Source: Bacilli bacterium
GTDB lineage: Bacteria; Bacillota_I; Bacilli_A; RF39; UBA660
DNA length: 64,000 nt
Direction: 5' to 3'
Assembly: GCA_030602345.1 (NCBI GenBank)
Contig: JAUVZX010000001.1
Span: 131,251-195,250, forward strand
In this document: piece by piece, positions 56,224 to 64,000 of the stretch
Position numbering within the stretch: position 1 is the stretch's first letter
Layout of the letters: every line of letters starts with the position of its first letter
Notes under the pieces: model-generated
The model's input: the letters and a program-made list of their open reading frames with translations, nothing else
Databases searched by the model: none
Told to the model about the DNA's origin: nothing
Translations under genes and position numbers: made by a program

Positions 56224-58014
56224 TTATAAGCCCCCACCAGAACCGAATGATTCTAGCTCTTTTTCAGTTACGATAATGCGCATTTGCATTCTTCTACTAC
56301 CACATACAAATAATGCATCTCCCTGTTGATAGCGCTTAATACTATCTTTTTCATTTTCATTTAAATCAATTAATTTAGATAAATCATCAACAGCTTGTTT
56401 TTTAAGACCCATAACTAAGTAGTATGAGGCATTATCAAATATAGCTTTACCTTGTGTGATTACTTTAGGATCGCTAAAGTCACTTGGTTGTTGAGTAACA
56501 ATTATTGTTCCCGTGTTATATTTACGAGATCTTCTTTGTACTTGTGCTAAGAACTCAGCTCCTAAAGTGTTATTCCCACTTAATAATACGTGAGCCTCTT
56601 CAACAATTAATGCTGTATTAACTGTTCTATCTAAAGTTAATCCCCATGCATATTTCAATATATTGAAAAATAATGCATTTCTGATATTAATATCAGCATT
56701 CATAATTTCACGGATATTAAATACAATAAAATTACTATCCGGCTTAATCGTTGTATGACCATCAAAATAATACTTTAATTCTTTTGTGATAGGTCTAATT
56801 TTTAATTCTAATCTTTCCATTATGCTCTTCTCGTGAGATGCATCTGGCATAGACATTAATCTTCCTTTTATAGTTGAATATACATCTGAGAAGGTTGGAT
56901 AATCAGCTGATGTATAATTTGAAAAATCTGTATCAAAATCGATACCAAAACGTTTATAAGTATCCATAACTGTTTCACTAAATAAAGTTAAAACATCATC
57001 TTCAATATCGGGTGAATAATACTTAATAAAAGCCTTTAGCGTCTGTAAAGTTCTCGTTAAGACAGCATGTCCTAACCCTTCTTTCATTTCTTCTTCATCA
57101 AAATCTAAAATTACTTCTAAAGGATTGATCATACCGTGAGTTCCACCTAAACCTAAATTGATAAAGTCTCCATCATAAAGTTTAGTCATATCCTCAAGTT
57201 CACCTTCTGGATCAATTGCAACTATTTGGTAATTATTTCTAATATGACTTCTCAAAATCAATTTAGCAGCAGTAGATTTACCACTACCAGAAGTTCCTAA
57301 AACAATCATATTAGCGTTGTTTCTATTATGTTCTTTCTTAATTTGATATAAGAATTGGTTAAATAAAATAACCCCTCCAGAGAAGTCTACTCCTAATAAA
57401 GTAGCCAATCCTTGGTCTTTAATGCTATCAAAGATAAATGGATACATTGCTGCCATCGTTGGCGAAGGCATAGGTGTCCCAATTCTATTTTCAACATCTT
57501 GATTTGGAAAAATAGGAACAATTGACTTAAGAACTTTCTCTTGTTCGAAAAGTAAAGTTACTCCTCTCATCTCCATAGCTTCAATATAATTTTTTACTTG
57601 TAAATATTGGTTTTCTAATTCCTCTTGTGAATTAGCAGTAATCATAATATGCATCTGAAAATCATATATCTTTTGATTAGTTGACGCCATATTAACAATA
57701 AACTCTTCTAAAGATTGATAATCTTGACGAATTCTTTCTTGAATAGTTTTATCATTTTCTTCTTGATATCTTTGTTTTAATTCAGCAATTTCTTTATTTA
57801 ACATCTTTCTAACAGATGAAAAAGGAAGAGGAATATGCTTAATAACAACTTTAATTCCTGTCATACTAGTTAAAGTAGATAAATATCCGGTTGAAATATA
57901 TCTTGGATATGAAATGATTGTTAAAATTCTTGCATACTTATCACTGATAAGAAAATCCTTAGTTCTAAATTGTACACCCTTAGGTGCTATTTGACTTCTA
58001 ATATCCATTTGCAA
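56224..58014 (-). CDS. VirB4/TraE/ConE-family conjugation ATPase (C-terminal 596 aa part)
   Basis: Walker A LGTSGSGKST and Walker B ALIVEEAHVLL with VirB4-like flanks. It starts at a TTG directly after an in-frame TGA. Confidence 0.85.
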   Translation of the reverse strand: MQMDIRSQIAPKGVQFRTKDFLISDKYARILTIISYPRYISTGYLSTLTSMTGIKVVIKHIPLPFSSVRKMLNKEIAELKQRYQEENDKTIQERIRQDYQSLEEFIVNMASTNQKIYDFQMHIMITANSQEELENQYLQVKNYIEAMEMRGVTLLFEQEKVLKSIVPIFPNQDVENRIGTPMPSPTMAAMYPFIFDSIKDQGLATLLGVDFSGGVILFNQFLYQIKKEHNRNNANMIVLGTSGSGKSTAAKLILRSHIRNNYQIVAIDPEGELEDMTKLYDGDFINLGLGGTHGMINPLEVILDFDEEEMKEGLGHAVLTRTLQTLKAFIKYYSPDIEDDVLTLFSETVMDTYKRFGIDFDTDFSNYTSADYPTFSDVYSTIKGRLMSMPDASHEKSIMERLELKIRPITKELKYYFDGHTTIKPDSNFIVFNIREIMNADINIRNALFFNILKYAWGLTLDRTVNTALIVEEAHVLLSGNNTLGAEFLAQVQRRSRKYNTGTIIVTQQPSDFSDPKVITQGKAIFDNASYYLVMGLKKQAVDDLSKLIDLNENEKDSIKRYQQGDALFVCGSRRMQMRIIVTEKELESFGSGGGL

Positions 58015-58543
58015 TCACCGTCCCAAATCTAGTTTCCATTCCTCCATTTAAGAAGTTTTCCAAGACGATTCTCATATCTTCATTAGTTGTTTGATATGCT
58101 GTCATATTAGCCCCAGCAAACGCCCCAATTAAGTCACGAATCTTTTTCTTAGCCTTTTCAGGATCTTTTTCTTTAAATAATAAATAGTATTCGGTATCAA
58201 CTACATTATTATTTGTAAATTGATTAGCTTTTTCAATATCTTGAACAATTAGTTTTCTCCTTGATAATGAACCAGCATTGTTATATAAGGCTTGTAATTC
58301 AGATAAATATACGTTTATATCAACAGGTCTATCTGCTACTACTAACCAAAATTCATAATCAATTTGATTATAAACATTCTTTAGATTATTAATCATCATT
58401 TGTTCTGTAGAAGAATCTAAGATAAAAATGTTTTTAGGCATAATTTTTATACCTGCAACTTTATAATTATTATCTAAAATAATCATTCCCTCTCTAATAT
58501 CTTTAACCGGAACAAACATACTTGTATTATTCTTCGAAGCCAT
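57998..58543 (-). CDS. VirB4-family N-terminal domain encoded as a separate 181 aa ORF (split gene or frameshift)
   Basis: …FVPVKDIREGMIILDNNYKVAGIKIMPKNIFILDSSTEQ… matches the N-terminal domain of Gram-positive VirB4-like proteins (Orf16/PrgJ/TcpF type). It overlaps the 596 aa ORF by 17 nt in another frame. 181+596 aa approximates a full-length VirB4. Confidence 0.55.
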   Translation of the reverse strand: MASKNNTSMFVPVKDIREGMIILDNNYKVAGIKIMPKNIFILDSSTEQMMINNLKNVYNQIDYEFWLVVADRPVDINVYLSELQALYNNAGSLSRRKLIVQDIEKANQFTNNNVVDTEYYLLFKEKDPEKAKKKIRDLIGAFAGANMTAYQTTNEDMRIVLENFLNGGMETRFGTVIANGY

Positions 58544-58844
58544 CTTTATAATCCCAACCTTTCCAATAATAATTTTGATTATCTATAAAGTAAAACTTAA
58601 ATATTGTTTTAATTATATGAAGCACATTATGATAATTAGGAATAGGCATAACTAATAGTCCTGTGATTGCTCCAGGTGCTAATGCTATTACTGTAAACAG
58701 TAGTTTCTCCATCGGAAGAGCTAAAACTCCAACGAATGAAAAGAAAACTCCTACTCCAAATATTATCAAATCTATTTCTCTAAATGCTCCAAAAATCAAT
58801 AATGATCTTTTTGAGTTGGCCGGTATTAAAAATTGTCTATCCAT
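58527..58844 (-). CDS. Small two-TM membrane protein (VirB3/ConD-like position)
   Basis: 105 aa with two hydrophobic helices. It lies immediately upstream of, and overlaps, the VirB4 N-terminal ORF, the typical position of VirB3. Confidence 0.35.
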   Translation of the reverse strand: MDRQFLIPANSKRSLLIFGAFREIDLIIFGVGVFFSFVGVLALPMEKLLFTVIALAPGAITGLLVMPIPNYHNVLHIIKTIFKFYFIDNQNYYWKGWDYKDGFEE

Positions 58845-58875
58845 TTTTTTACCACCTTTTATTCTTTCTTTTTAG

Positions 58876-61101
58876 TTAATCGATGATATCTATATCATCT
58901 TTTTTAGGCATATCGAATCTATCCGCAATATCATACCTAGACATATCTGGTTTTTCAAAATTATTTTCAATGTAAGCTTTATTAGCGGCAATTTCTTTTT
59001 CTGCCTTCTCATCTAAATATGTCTGATTTTCCTTTTTACCAAAAACTGATTCAGATTTTGGTTGTTGTTTAGAACCACCTTCAGATGATGAAGACTCTGT
59101 TATATTAACTTTAACTGGTTCAGATTTTTTAGAGCTTTTATTCATTGCATCAAATAACTTAGCATCCGCTTTTGCTCCTTCGTAAGCTTTCATATCTGAT
59201 GCCACTGAAGGATTGTAATTAAGTTCTATTTCATAATTAGATTTAGCTCTTTCCAAATTAACACTAGCTGATGTCAAGGCTTTTCTAGCTTCCTCTGCTT
59301 CACTAATTAATGTTGATTTATACTCTTGATTTTGTTTAACAGTGGCATCGTAATTCGATTTTGCTGCTTTAACTTGTTCAATTAATTCAGGTGAGCTTTC
59401 ACCACTCTGAATTCTTTTATTAAGCGTTTCATATTTAGTCCTTGCTTCCTCTTGTTTTCCGAGCATTTCAGAAGGTATGGCACCACTTTGAATTCTCTTA
59501 ACAAGAGTTTCATAATTAGATTCTGCACCTCTTTTGATTGTTTTCATAGTTTCTACTTCATCATAAGCTTTCGACAAAGTTTCGTCTCCTTTAAATATAA
59601 CATCTTTAATAAACGCTCTTTCTTGTTCTAGATTAGCTTGAGCTTGAGCTTTAGTTTTGATATTTGCAAGAGTTTTAGCATCTAAAGGTGCATTAGTTTC
59701 TTTCATCATATCTTTTATCATTTGAGTTTCTATTTCACTAGCGCGCCCTTCATTTCCTAAACTTCTTTTATCTCTTTCTCTAACGAATTCTGCACCACGT
59801 TTTCTATCATAATCTAAATCTTTCTTCTTATCTCTAGATTCTAATGCTTTCGTTCTTTCAGTTCTCAATGATTTAAGTGTATTAGTTCCTCCCATTGCAG
59901 GAACAGCATCCCATCCTTTTTTAAATCCAGAATTAAATCTCTTACCGTGCATTTTAGCATCTATACCAGACGTTGTTGCACCTGCAAGTTTTCCTGCAAG
60001 AGGAATTCCCATAAGCTTTTTCCATGGACTAAGCCCTAATCCACCAGAAGGTTCTTTCATACCAACCATAGAATATATTAATTTAGGAGCTATCTTAACA
60101 AACATTAAGATACCAAAGATAATGAAAATTGCTCCTAAAGGAGAAACTGGCCCAGATTCTGCGATCCCTAATTCGTTATAACGATATACAGTAGGAATTA
60201 TTCCTCCACCAAATATTTCGGCAATCAAGAAGACTGCAAAATATATTAAGGATAGTCGCATAAATAAGTCAACAAATGTTGTTGTAACTTCTGAAATCCA
60301 CGCTTTTAAAGCATCACCTTTTTTTGGATCAATCGATAAAATAATAGGTACCGGAGCAATCAATTGTAAGAATGCAAGTTTTACAGATCTTAATGCTATT
60401 TCAAAAGCAAAAGATATCATTAGAAATGCTGCAAATGCTCCCGCAATAGAAGATACTATCGTTGAATATCTAAATACATATTGATTTCCTGAAGTTAAAT
60501 TTATCAATGGGTGAAATTCAAAAATAGATGAATTAGGATTTGTATATGTTCTTTCAGCATTAGGATTTCCATAATTTATGCTTCCATCATTGTTTTTTGG
60601 TAAATTTGGAGTAAAGAAAGCCCTAAAAGTAATGCCCGCTATTACATTACCTGCAGACTCTCCCGTATCCACTATCGCATTTGCATTGTCAGAAGAACCT
60701 AATATTAATGATGGTAATATTCCCTCATTAAGAATTAAATATTGGAATCTAAATAAATTAGAAAATATTGTTGGAATTAATATAAGCAAAGTTAAAGCAA
60801 TAAGTATTTTTTTAACTAATTGCTTACCACCAGCTTTAGAATCATAAAAGTTGTCTGGGTTAAGTAACATATTTAATAGAGCTAATCCCGTTTTAAACAA
60901 AATAAATAAACCAATAATTATATATATTCTTTGAGTAAAGTTGACAAAAACTCTATCTGATAAAACAGCTATCCCGGCTAACTCATTAATCAATCCATAG
61001 GCTCCAGAGATTAATAAATAAATTCCTAAATCTATGAAAAACATAATTGAACGCCAAGCATTTTGAACCCAATCGGCATTAAGAATTAGAAACATATTCA
61101 T
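58876..61101 (-). CDS. VirB6/TrbL/ConG-like polytopic T4SS channel protein with coiled C-terminal extension
   Basis: ~8 TM helices in the first 420 aa. The C-terminal 300 aa are hydrophilic with internal repeats (YETLVKRIQSGAIPSEMLGK / YETLNKRIQSGESSPELIEQ). The start was moved to MNMFLIL to avoid overlap. Confidence 0.5.
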   Translation of the reverse strand: MNMFLILNADWVQNAWRSIMFFIDLGIYLLISGAYGLINELAGIAVLSDRVFVNFTQRIYIIIGLFILFKTGLALLNMLLNPDNFYDSKAGGKQLVKKILIALTLLILIPTIFSNLFRFQYLILNEGILPSLILGSSDNANAIVDTGESAGNVIAGITFRAFFTPNLPKNNDGSINYGNPNAERTYTNPNSSIFEFHPLINLTSGNQYVFRYSTIVSSIAGAFAAFLMISFAFEIALRSVKLAFLQLIAPVPIILSIDPKKGDALKAWISEVTTTFVDLFMRLSLIYFAVFLIAEIFGGGIIPTVYRYNELGIAESGPVSPLGAIFIIFGILMFVKIAPKLIYSMVGMKEPSGGLGLSPWKKLMGIPLAGKLAGATTSGIDAKMHGKRFNSGFKKGWDAVPAMGGTNTLKSLRTERTKALESRDKKKDLDYDRKRGAEFVRERDKRSLGNEGRASEIETQMIKDMMKETNAPLDAKTLANIKTKAQAQANLEQERAFIKDVIFKGDETLSKAYDEVETMKTIKRGAESNYETLVKRIQSGAIPSEMLGKQEEARTKYETLNKRIQSGESSPELIEQVKAAKSNYDATVKQNQEYKSTLISEAEEARKALTSASVNLERAKSNYEIELNYNPSVASDMKAYEGAKADAKLFDAMNKSSKKSEPVKVNITESSSSEGGSKQQPKSESVFGKKENQTYLDEKAEKEIAANKAYIENNFEKPDMSRYDIADRFDMPKKDDIDIID

Positions 61102-62449
61102 AACCTCCCATACTTGGAACACAAGTATTAATTTTAAATATTGAGAAAGTCATATTTAATAGAGATGGCAAAAGAGCAAGTAAGAACATTACTATAATTC
61201 TTGTTGTAAAATTCTTCCAAGCTTTTTTCATAGCCTCTGGTTTTTCTGAAGTGACCGCTCCAAAGAAGTCGAGCATTCCTAATATAATTAATGAAATACC
61301 TGCAAATATTAATATCAAATTATACATATCTTTCAAAAAATTAAATAATCTTCCAAAAGATGAACATGTTAGTGGACCAGGATTATATATTAATTTCAAA
61401 CCGCTAGATAGCTCAAATGATAAATCACCACGACTCACTGAATACAAATCCGCATTAACATCATGCACACTTTCAGTCATAAGGAAACATTTGGCATTTA
61501 GAGATGTTTTAGATAATTTAGCTCCATCGCCATTTTCATTAGGACAGAAGTAAATATTTGGATTTAAATATTGATCTTCTTTATCAAAAAAATCGGAAGC
61601 CTTTAATGAACTAACATCTAAAAGTGAATTTGATAATACTTTTGTGGTTGATTCAACAACTTGTCTAGCACCACCTGTAATCTTTTGCTCTACTTTAGAA
61701 TAATAAGTAACCGCTAAAGTGTTATTTTGCATTCTTAACCCAACGGTCCCATTAAGATCTCTTAAAGTTTTTCCGCTTGAATAGTCCAGTCTTACAGAAT
61801 TATTTTTTATTGTTGGTTGAACAACTCCAGATTTAGAAGTATTTAAAGTTATTCTTCCTGTTCCTATAACTGATTGATTAGCAAAATCAGAATGATTAGA
61901 TTTATAATCATTGTAAAAAGGTTTAACGTCATAATAGATTCTAATCATATCCTGGCTACTATTTTTTTTTATAAAAGCTGCATGATTTATAGCAGGACAA
62001 ACAATAGATTTATCGTTTTTCATAAACGATATATCATTTATGAATGAAGTCTCATTTATATTATCTAATTTAAATACTGCACTAAGCAAATGTGATTGAG
62101 CTTTTTTGATTTTAAGATCACCAATTTTTGCAGTAGAAGGAGGCCACTCGTTTTTAGTAAGAATTTCATAATTACCATAACCACCTGTTGCACCAGTAAA
62201 TTTATGCGATTGTGATTTTAAGCTTCCGTTTTCCATAATAAAAGTTGCTTCTACAAATAAAACTAGTTTATCAGCATCTGATGGAATAATTTCCAAATTA
62301 TATACACAAGTTGCTTGTCCAAATTGAGGACTACCACCATCCCACTGCAATTCATTTATACTATTACCACTAACAAATCCAGGAATAAACAACATTCCTA
62401 GCATTATTAAAAAGAACGATATTTTTGTACTTTTTTTAACTTTTTCCAC
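61079..62449 (-). CDS. Secreted, C-terminally membrane-anchored T4SS-associated protein, hypothetical
   Basis: Signal peptide MEKVKKSTKISFFLIMLGMLFIPGFVSG, a ~380 aa extracellular domain and two C-terminal TM helices. Confidence 0.4.
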   Translation of the reverse strand: MEKVKKSTKISFFLIMLGMLFIPGFVSGNSINELQWDGGSPQFGQATCVYNLEIIPSDADKLVLFVEATFIMENGSLKSQSHKFTGATGGYGNYEILTKNEWPPSTAKIGDLKIKKAQSHLLSAVFKLDNINETSFINDISFMKNDKSIVCPAINHAAFIKKNSSQDMIRIYYDVKPFYNDYKSNHSDFANQSVIGTGRITLNTSKSGVVQPTIKNNSVRLDYSSGKTLRDLNGTVGLRMQNNTLAVTYYSKVEQKITGGARQVVESTTKVLSNSLLDVSSLKASDFFDKEDQYLNPNIYFCPNENGDGAKLSKTSLNAKCFLMTESVHDVNADLYSVSRGDLSFELSSGLKLIYNPGPLTCSSFGRLFNFLKDMYNLILIFAGISLIILGMLDFFGAVTSEKPEAMKKAWKNFTTRIIVMFLLALLPSLLNMTFSIFKINTCVPSMGGYEYVSNS

Positions 62450-62480
62450 TATAATTTCAACCTCTTATTTCTAAATACAA

Positions 62481-62495
62481 TATTAACAATATTAT
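62481..62495 (-). promoter_or_regulatory. Extended -10 promoter (TGTTATAAT) upstream of 456 aa gene
   Basis: Minus strand …ttttttttgTGtTATAATattg…. Confidence 0.3.
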
Positions 62496-62550
62496 AACAC
62501 AAAAAAAAGCGATAATAAACAAGTTTATATCACTTTAGCTTTTATTTATA

Positions 62551-62910
62551 CTACTTTTTATAGCAGCTTGATGAGTTTGTAATTAAACAGTTTGCACAAC
62601 CCATGATTCCTTTGTTAGAAGCATTAGCGTTACCAAGTAATGAGAACACAACTTGAACGATAGATACAACTAGGAATACAAGTATCGCTGCAATTAAACG
62701 TTTCATGAATATAGCTTGTCCTTTTTTAATGTCATCTTCTTTACCTTGAGTAATTGCTTTGAATAAATCCAAAGTACCCATAAAGATTAACACTACTGGA
62801 ACTGCTATTTGAATCAATCTAAATAGAGTTGATAATAGGAATGGAATTTCTCCTGGAATAGACATGTTAAGGAACCCTTCACATCCTACAAAAGTGTTTA
62901 ATAAATACAT
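62551..62910 (-). CDS. Small two-TM protein, possible VirB2/TrbC-like conjugative pilin
   Basis: 119 aa, strong RBS AGGAGGT. Two long hydrophobic helices separated by a short charged loop, and a Cys-containing C-terminus. The topology is typical of VirB2-class pilins. Confidence 0.3.
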   Translation of the reverse strand: MYLLNTFVGCEGFLNMSIPGEIPFLLSTLFRLIQIAVPVVLIFMGTLDLFKAITQGKEDDIKKGQAIFMKRLIAAILVFLVVSIVQVVFSLLGNANASNKGIMGCANCLITNSSSCYKK

Positions 62911-62965
62911 AAAATACCTCCTAACTAAGATTATATTATCTTATTTTTTATAAATTGTCAAATGC

Positions 62966-63967
62966 TTATAAGCCAAATAAACCAAGTAATTTATTCTTAG
63001 AATTAATTGAACCTTCAGCATCTACTTTAAATCCCATTTTTTTGATAAATGGTAATAAAGCAATTATATCTTTTTGTCTTTCATCTAGAGGTGGTAAGTT
63101 ATGAAAAACTTTCAACCCAGATTCATATTCAAAGTCTAAAACATCTTTATTATTCAATAGACTTTGGTTTAAAATTATTTTTTTATCCCTATATTCTTTT
63201 AAAACATTGGGATTTGAGCCAATAAATTTATTCAATTTAATCATTGATGGTTGGAGTAAATAATATACTTCGTGACATAAAGCTTCTGCTCCTGAACCAT
63301 GATTCAAATCAATAAATATGGCCATTTTATCTTGATTTTTTGCTATTTCTACTCCGATGTTATTTGAAGTAACACTTATTGCTTTTTTGTAATTAAAGTA
63401 TGAAAAATCTCTCTTATCTACTTCTAAAGCGATAACAGGAAAATATTTTTCACACTGCTTAGTAAGCATATATACTAAACTAGTTGAACCTGCTCCTGAA
63501 TTTAAATTTTTAAATCCAATTATTTTAGGACCAACAACATTAGTTGGTTTAGCTATATATTGTGTATCACCTGAAACTATTTCTAATTGTTGGATATGAG
63601 CTACATCAACATATGAATTAGGATTTGAAATTAAATAAGGAATGCCATTCAATTGGTCAGTAAAATTATAAAAATTAATTGATATTAATTTTGTTAAATA
63701 TTCTGCTGAACGACTATCTTTAAAGTTTGGATCCAGCAATAAAATAATTTTTTCTGCTGGTAAACTAATCGATAGTTTCTTCAAAGTATTAATATCTTTA
63801 TAATTTTTTATTGCAGTAACATCAATAATATATCTTGCTGCGAATAGATGTTTTAATTGTGAAACAATCTCTTCAGCTGTAAATTCGCCTTCGATTATTT
63901 TCATAATGTCATCTAAATTTAATGATTTAATTTGATCTAATTGGCGATTTGCCACGATTATATTCAT
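62966..63967 (-). CDS. CpaE/ParA-like P-loop ATPase with receiver-like N-terminal domain, hypothetical
   Basis: RBS AAGGTGA. Residues ~150-175 (KIIGFKNLNSGAGSTSLVYMLT) resemble a deviant Walker A of TadZ/CpaE/ParA-type ATPases. The N-terminal 120 aa has a CheY-like alternating pattern. Confidence 0.3.
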   Translation of the reverse strand: MNIIVANRQLDQIKSLNLDDIMKIIEGEFTAEEIVSQLKHLFAARYIIDVTAIKNYKDINTLKKLSISLPAEKIILLLDPNFKDSRSAEYLTKLISINFYNFTDQLNGIPYLISNPNSYVDVAHIQQLEIVSGDTQYIAKPTNVVGPKIIGFKNLNSGAGSTSLVYMLTKQCEKYFPVIALEVDKRDFSYFNYKKAISVTSNNIGVEIAKNQDKMAIFIDLNHGSGAEALCHEVYYLLQPSMIKLNKFIGSNPNVLKEYRDKKIILNQSLLNNKDVLDFEYESGLKVFHNLPPLDERQKDIIALLPFIKKMGFKVDAEGSINSKNKLLGLFGL

Positions 63968-64000
63968 TGTTTCACCTTCTTTTAATTAAAAATTACTTTT

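Larger units (their letters stand above)
51780..64000 (-). mobile_element. Conjugative type IV secretion (Gram-positive MPF) module, probable ICE or integrated plasmid segment; continues past window end
   Basis: A contiguous co-oriented block of T4CP, lipoprotein, M23 hydrolase, VirB4 (two ORFs), VirB3-like, VirB6-like, surface protein, VirB2-like and ParA-like genes. It is flanked on the low-coordinate side by housekeeping dedA-rmuC-rnr. Confidence 0.6.

Noticed and set aside
1-64000. Alternative genetic code 4 (TGA=Trp), suggested by the Mollicute-like AT-richness
   Set aside because: Conserved Trp positions are TGG, long genes terminate at TGA (e.g. the frame-B boundary at 58015), and cell-wall genes (PBP2, RodA, LtaS) are present. 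The standard bacterial code fits.
1-64000. CRISPR arrays, rRNA or tRNA genes, prophage
   Set aside because: There are no regularly spaced direct repeats. The only structured RNA recognised is tmRNA, and no cloverleaf candidates were seen in intergenic gaps. The T4SS block has conjugation, not phage, hallmarks, with no capsid, terminase or tail genes.

Overview
This 64 kb window is a very AT-rich, low-GC Bacillota-type chromosome segment. It uses the standard code (TGG encodes Trp and TGA acts as a stop). LtaS, PBP2, RodA/FtsW, tmRNA and SmpB are all present, so this is a walled Firmicute rather than a Mycoplasma. Nearly all genes lie on the minus strand.

The backbone is conserved housekeeping synteny:
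- ybxB(partial)-rplL-rplJ-rplA-rplK-nusG-secE
- ytxG/ytxH-like genes and trmB
- yqeG-yqeH, efp, rpmG, pbp, sodA and nfo
- infC-rpmI-rplT
- ffh-ldh-ylxM-ftsY and ltaS
- rnjA, rodA, ssrA (tmRNA), a two-component system, smpB-rnr and rmuC-dedA

Three accessory themes are layered on this backbone.

(1) A dispersed family of at least 10-11 genes carries canonical class-III (type IV prepilin / ComGC-like) signal peptides (MKK-G|FTLIEL...). No pilus assembly ATPase, platform protein or prepilin peptidase lies in the window. The family includes a ComGC-like pilin, three tandem short major-pilin paralogs, and a tandem triplication of 300-340 aa pilin-like proteins with conserved termini and variable centres. 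It also includes modular pilins whose C-terminal domains look like an FGE-sulfatase/SUMF1-like fold, a LamG/concanavalin-like lectin fold, and three CBM-like beta-sandwich plus FN3-like repeats. A glycine-rich Ig-domain protein with a non-canonical pilin-like N-terminus may also belong. These genes are interleaved with ribosomal-protein operons. This is the most unusual content of the window.

(2) A DUF2207-LemA-DUF2207 membrane module has Gly-rich GGGF C-tails.

(3) The last 12 kb (51.8-64 kb) is a Gram-positive conjugative type IV secretion module running off the window edge. It encodes a VirD4 coupling protein, an apparently split VirB4 ATPase, a VirB6/ConG-like membrane protein, an M23 cell-wall hydrolase, a lipoprotein, small VirB3/VirB2-like membrane proteins and a CpaE/ParA-like ATPase. 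It is probably an integrated conjugative element (ICE).

RNA and regulatory calls include tmRNA with its promoter and terminator, L10 and L20 leaders, extended -10 promoters (TGnTATAAT/TATACT) and several intrinsic terminators. No CRISPR array, rRNA or tRNA was seen.
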